DNA of 12,699 bases from contig NW_021826568.1 of assembly GCF_006345805.1 (NCBI RefSeq), positions 1 to 12,699 of the forward strand, in the 5' to 3' direction. The notes under the pieces were generated by a model. It searched no databases. It was not told where the DNA came from and saw only the letters and a list, made by a program, of their open reading frames with translations. Source of the DNA: Octopus sinensis (taxonomy: Eukaryota). Positions 8,477 through 12,699 of this stretch are shown in pieces (position 1 is the stretch's first letter; each line of letters starts with the position of its first letter). Made by a program: the position numbers and the translations under genes.

Positions 8477-8955
8477 GGTGGCAAGCTGGTAGAAACGGTA
8501 GCACGCCGGGTGAAATATTAGCGGTGTTTCGTCTGCTGTTACGTTCTGAGATCAAATTTCTCGCCGAGGTCGACTTAGCCTTTCATCCTTTCGGGTCGTA
8601 ATTAAGTACCTATTTCTTAATTACCCCAAGGGGCTAAACACAGAGAGACAAACAAGACAGACATAGGTATTAAATCGATTACATCGCCCCAGTGCGTAAC
8701 TGGTACTTAATTTATCGACCCCGAAAGGATGAAAGTCAAAGTCGACCTCGGCGGAATTTGAACTCACAACGTAACGGCAGACGAAATACCGCTAAGCATT
8801 TCGCCCGGCGTGCTAACGTTTCTGCCAGCTCGCCGCCTTAAGCATCAACATAACAATCGGTTTTAAATTAAGTACCAGTTCGCACTGGGGTCGATGTAAT
8901 CGACTTAACCCCCCCCCCTAAAATTGCTGTCCTTTGGTGCCAAAATTTGAAATCC
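8477..8955 (+). mobile_element. Family 1 SINE interrupted by a younger antisense SINE
   Basis: Head and body at 8477-8610; the tail resumes at 8877 (AGTTCGCACTGGGGTCGATGTAATCGAC). The break is flanked by duplicated AATTAAGTACC (8600-8610, 8866-8876). Confidence 0.85.
8611..8837 (-). mobile_element. Young family 1 SINE (distinct tail subfamily) inserted antisense into another copy
   Basis: Minus strand GGCGGCGAGCTGGCAGAAACGTTAGCACGCCGGGCGAAATGCTTAGCGGTATTTCG with intact CpGs. The tail ends TTTAGCCCCTTGGGGTAATTAAGAAATA, unlike the host tail. Confidence 0.9.
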
Positions 8956-9014
8956 GTTTTATACAAGATTTTCTGTACTGTCTCCTTTGTTGTATTTCTT
9001 TTTTTCTTTTTTTT

Positions 9015-9401
9015 TTTTATTCTTTTTACTTGTTTCATTCATTGACTGCGGCCATGCTGGAGCACCCGCCTTTAGTCGAGCAAATCGACCCCGGGACTTA
9101 TTCTTTGTAACCCGTTACTTATTCTATCGGTCTCTTTTGCCGAACCGCTAAGTGACGGGGACGTAAACACACCAGCATCGGTTGTCAACAATTGCTAGGG
9201 GGTCAAACACAGACATACACACATATATATTATACATATATACACAGGCTTCTTTCAGTGTCCGTCTACCAAATCCACTCACAAGGCATTGGCGGGCCCG
9301 GGGCTATAGAAGAGACACTTGCCCAAGATGCCACGCAGTGGGCTGAACCCGGAACCATATGGTTGGTTAGCAAGCTACTTACCACACAGCACTCCTGCGC
9401 C
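9015..9401 (-). mobile_element. Family 2 (CORE-like) SINE, near full length
   Basis: Minus-strand head GGCGCAGGAGTGCTGTGTGGTAAG..GGTTCCGGGTTCAGCCCACTGCGTGGCATCTTGGGCAAGTGTC; colinear with 1557-1945; A-rich tail. Confidence 0.9.
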
Positions 9402-9558
9402 TATCTAGAAAAAAATCTAGAAAAAAAATATATAATACACATTATGTATTTTATGCTGAACCTACTTTCAATAATTCTTTATCGTTCGGTTTTCTTTCAT
9501 TATTTAATTGTATATACACTTCATTAACACGTGTCTGAGACATATATCTATAATTTGT

Positions 9559-9697
9559 AGGCGGAGAGCTGGTAGAATTGTGTGCATGGGGGACAAAAAT
9601 GCTCAGCGCATTTCGACTGTCATTAATTTCTGAGTTCAAATTCCGTTGAGGTTGACTTCGCCTTTCATCCTTTCGGGGTCGATAAATAGGTACCAGC
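9559..9697 (+). mobile_element. Old family 1 SINE, 3'-truncated
   Basis: GGCGGAGAGCTGGTAGAATT..CTGAGTTCAAATTCCG..GCCTTTCATCCTTTCGGGGTCGATAAATAGGTACCAG. Confidence 0.8.
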
Positions 9698-9895
9698 AAG
9701 AACATTTACCTCTCTTAAGTATTTCCCACTGATAACAGCTACAAAGCTAGTAATGTCGATGTCATGGAATCCTGATAGATGGCGACACTGGCCAGATATG
9801 GTGTCTAGTTTAAAAACCACCCATCAGACGCCATGATGGTGCTGAGGTGTAGGTTACTGGAGATGGTCAAACTCTTATAAGGAGTAGACAACCAC

Positions 9896-10085
9896 CATGT
9901 ATGTATACATATACGTAAGTAGTATGTATGTATGTATTTATTAAGTATGTATGTTTATGTATGTATATATATATTATATATATATATAATAATATATATA
10001 TATTAATATATATATATATATATACCCATATATACCTATTACACATATGTATATATACATACATTAACCCCGACTCAACCCGAGA

Positions 10086-10124
<39 letters not shown>

Positions 10125-10198
10125 TATATATATATAATATATTATATATATATATATTATATATATATATGTATAATGTATGTATCTATGTATGCATG
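9896..10198. repeat. (TATG)n/(TA)n low-complexity tract
   Basis: Read directly. Confidence 0.9.
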
Positions 10199-10455
10199 TC
10201 ATTATTCAGTTTTATTTCAAGATCTGTATATGTTTGTATGTATGTATGTATGTATGTATCTTTGTCATTATTGAGTCTTATTTCAAGATTTATGTATGTA
10301 TATATGTATGTATCTATCTATGTATGTATGACATTATTTAGTTTTATTTCCAGATCTGTATATGTATGTATGCCATTATTGAATCTTATTTCAAGATTTA
10401 TGTTTGTATATATGTATATATGTATGTTATTATTCAGTTTTATTTCAAGATTTCT
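10199..10455 (-). mobile_element. Five ~25-29-nt stubs of the subfamily A LINE 3' terminus spaced by (TATG)n
   Basis: Units near TCATTATTCAGTTTTATTTCAAGAT at 10199, 10265, 10331, 10373 and 10427 match the terminus of the longer copy at 11904-11928. Confidence 0.8.
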
Positions 10456-10559
10456 ATATGTCTGTATGTGTGTAGGCGTGTGTGTTTGCGACCATGTTTA
10501 GATTTATATTCGGTATACAAATTGGTATCGGTCATTTCATGTCCATTCAGGTTCCATAC

Positions 10560-10690
10560 TGTAGCGCTTCGACAAAGAAGAATTCACTAAATAAATACCA
10601 GTCTGAAATAAGAACTGGGGTCAATATAAGGGATTAAACCGTTGGAGGCAGTTCTCCCGTACTGTCATCACCCATTGACAAAAACAGTAA
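10560..10690 (+). mobile_element. Degraded 3' tail of a family 2 SINE
   Basis: ATAAATACCAG..AATAAGAACTGGGGTCAAT..TAAACCGTT..GGCAGTTCTCC resembles 1830-1920. Confidence 0.45.
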
Positions 10691-11344
10691 ACGTGCACTG
10701 TACCTCGCTCCTTTTCCCCCAACAAAAAACAAACAATCAAACAAACAACCAAATTATTGTGGCGGATGCCCCCTGGAGAGAAGTGGGCTGGTCCATTACT
10801 TATGAATAGTGGACTGACACAGTCAGTAGTGTCGGTCGGCGACGGTACGCTGTTCGGAGCAGCCCAGTAGAGACGACGAAAAACGTCATCATCATGGGAT
10901 GTATCGGTTGCGGCGTGGGTTCGGACAATATCGCCACTGGGATATATCAGTGGCGTTGACGTTTCGGACAATATCGCCACTGGAATATATCACAAACAAC
11001 ACAAAACCAAAGCCCAATAAAACCTCATTTTCTTGTCTGTTGCATTTCTATAACGTGTGGCCAACGGTTTTGATATTGTCTCGTATTTAACATCTACGTT
11101 TAATAACCTGTTGTTGTAAACCTGAAGGGGGGTATATCTGTTCCGACTGTATGCATGTTAAATTTAATTGCCTAACCACTTGCAATCAAATGGATTCCCT
11201 TTATGTCCAGGTAAATAGCAACCTTCAACACGATGTTGGCATTTATGTTTTTGTTTACGCATTATTGAAACGAATAGGATTGCTTGTGTAGGTAATAGAT
11301 TGATTCTCTCCCTATCTCATTCTCATTGCCATAATATGCCTATA

Positions 11345-11556
11345 TGTTTATGTATGCATGTTTGTGTTTGTATGTACGTATGTACGTATGCACGTATGTA
11401 TGTATGTATGCATGCATGTATGTATGTATGTATGTATGCATGCATGTATGTATGTATGTATGTATGTATGCATGCATGTATGTATGTATGTATGTATGTA
11501 TGTATGTATGTATGTATGTATGTACGTATGTATGTATGTATGTATGTATGTATGTA

Positions 11557-11587
<31 letters not shown>

Positions 11588-11614
11588 ATGTATGTATGTA
11601 TGTATGTATGTATG
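11345..11614 (+). repeat. (TATG)n microsatellite
   Basis: Read directly. Confidence 0.95.
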
Positions 11615-11886
11615 TTTCTCTACTGTTCTTAATAATTGAAAATCTTCCTCTGAAGAAGGAGCTAGTTTCTAATAGAGATACACAGCTTCATCATTGGAAT
11701 GTAGATAACGGAAACAACGTCACACTTTAAACAAGAGAAAATTCTTGCATAATTTTACGGTTCTGCTTGCAGAAAGAATATGTACTCTTACTCTTTTACT
11801 CTTTTACTCTTTTATTGTATTAGTAATGTACGAATTAGTTGATTTCTTTTTCAGAAAATCCAAGCTTATCAAGAGTGACAGATATT
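11615..11886 (-). mobile_element. 3' fragment of RLE-type LINE, subfamily B, copy 1
   Basis: Broken minus frame ISVTLDKLGFSEKEIN/LIRTLLIQ/SASRTVKLCKNFLLFKV* (TGA at 11720-11722), homologous to the subfamily A C-terminus. The 3' end abuts (CATA)n. Confidence 0.7.
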
Positions 11887-11903
11887 GTATGTCTGTGTGG
11901 ATG

Positions 11904-12199
11904 TCATTGTTCAGTTTTATTTCAAGATATCTTGCCAAATAGAGAAAGAGCTGGTTTCTAACCTAGAACCAATACTCCTTTATTGGAATTTTGACATCAT
12001 CAACAGGGTATTTGGTTTGTATGTATGTGTGCAGATTTGTATGTTTTGTTTTATGCATGTATTCTCATGCATATAGTTGCATATCTAGAAATGCTCATAT
12101 ATATTTAAATGATAAACTTCTAGAAAGTTTTACAGATTTTTACAGTTTCGGTGATGGACTGGATCTGTAGTCATCGAATTAACTTTCAGCTTTCCGGTT
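11904..12199 (-). mobile_element. 3' fragment of RLE-type LINE, subfamily A, with complete 3' UTR
   Basis: Minus frame QPES*KLIR*LQIQSITETVKICKTF*KFII* (TAA at 12105-12107), then a ~200-nt UTR; aligns with 2160-2330. Confidence 0.8.
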
Positions 12200-12433
12200 G
12201 TATGTATGTATGCATGTATGTATGTATGTATGTATGTATGTATGTATGTATGTATGCATGCATGCATGTATGTATGTATGTACGTATGTACGTATGTATG
12301 TATGTATGTATTATCTAAGTACGTATGTATGTATATATGTATTATCTAAGTACGTATGTATGTATGTATCTTAGTACATATGTATGTATGTATTATGTAT
12401 GTATGTATGTATGTATGTATGTATGTATGTATG
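12200..12433 (+). repeat. (TATG)n microsatellite with variant units
   Basis: Read directly. Confidence 0.95.
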
Positions 12434-12699
12434 TTTCTCTTTTGTTTTTAATAATTCAATTTTCTAACAAAAATACAAAGATCCATCATTGAAATGTAGA
12501 TAACGGAAATAATGTCACATTTTAAACTTCAGGAAAGTCTTGCATATATTTACAGTATTTATAGTGTGTGAGATAGTTGGTTGGTTTCTTATTCTCAAAA
12601 TCCACGTTTATCCAGACTGACAGTTAGGCATTTACTTAAAAAATTATTAAATGTGAAGTTGTAATCCGGATGTAGAAGCTGGAGGTTTCGAGGCAGTTG
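12434..12699 (-). mobile_element. 3' fragment of RLE-type LINE, subfamily B, copy 2 (runs off window)
   Basis: Minus frame QLPRNLQLLHPDYNFTFNNFLSKCLTVSLDKRGF*E*ETNQLSHTL then TVNICKTFLKFKM* (TGA at 12515-12517). The UTR aligns with 11615-11730. Confidence 0.75.

Noticed and set aside
10199-10455. CRISPR-like array of ~27-bp repeats
   Set aside because: Eukaryotic context, spacers are microsatellite, no cas genes, and the repeat matches a LINE 3' terminus.
10752-10800. IIVADAPW resembling the MT-A70 methyltransferase DPPW motif
   Set aside because: A stop follows within ten codons and the downstream residues do not match the family.
11650-11700. Hammerhead candidate CTGAAGA
   Set aside because: No GAAA at a suitable position and no helix I; it is the antisense of a LINE 3' UTR.

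Overview
Eukaryotic, AT-rich, repeat-saturated non-coding DNA. The long (CATA)n/(TA)n/triplet microsatellites and the SINE families look like an octopus (coleoid cephalopod) genome; this is inference from repeat style. No intact protein-coding gene is supported, and nearly all listed ORFs are microsatellite or SINE artefacts. Contents: about ten tRNA-derived SINE copies or fragments from at least three families; a 5'-truncated RTE-like LINE end with C2H2 zinc fingers and a 10-bp TSD; a 345-bp fold-back MITE; and four 3' fragments plus five ~25-29-nt stubs of an RLE-type (R4/Dong-like) LINE, always associated with (CATA)n in a strand-specific way. Most notable are a near-canonical minimal type I hammerhead ribozyme at 4317-4366 (with two degenerate hammerhead-like motifs elsewhere, suggesting Penelope-like or retrozyme remnants), the microsatellite-targeted LINE pile-up, and a SINE-in-SINE insertion carrying an inverted copy of local flank. 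All alignments, translations and folds were done by eye.
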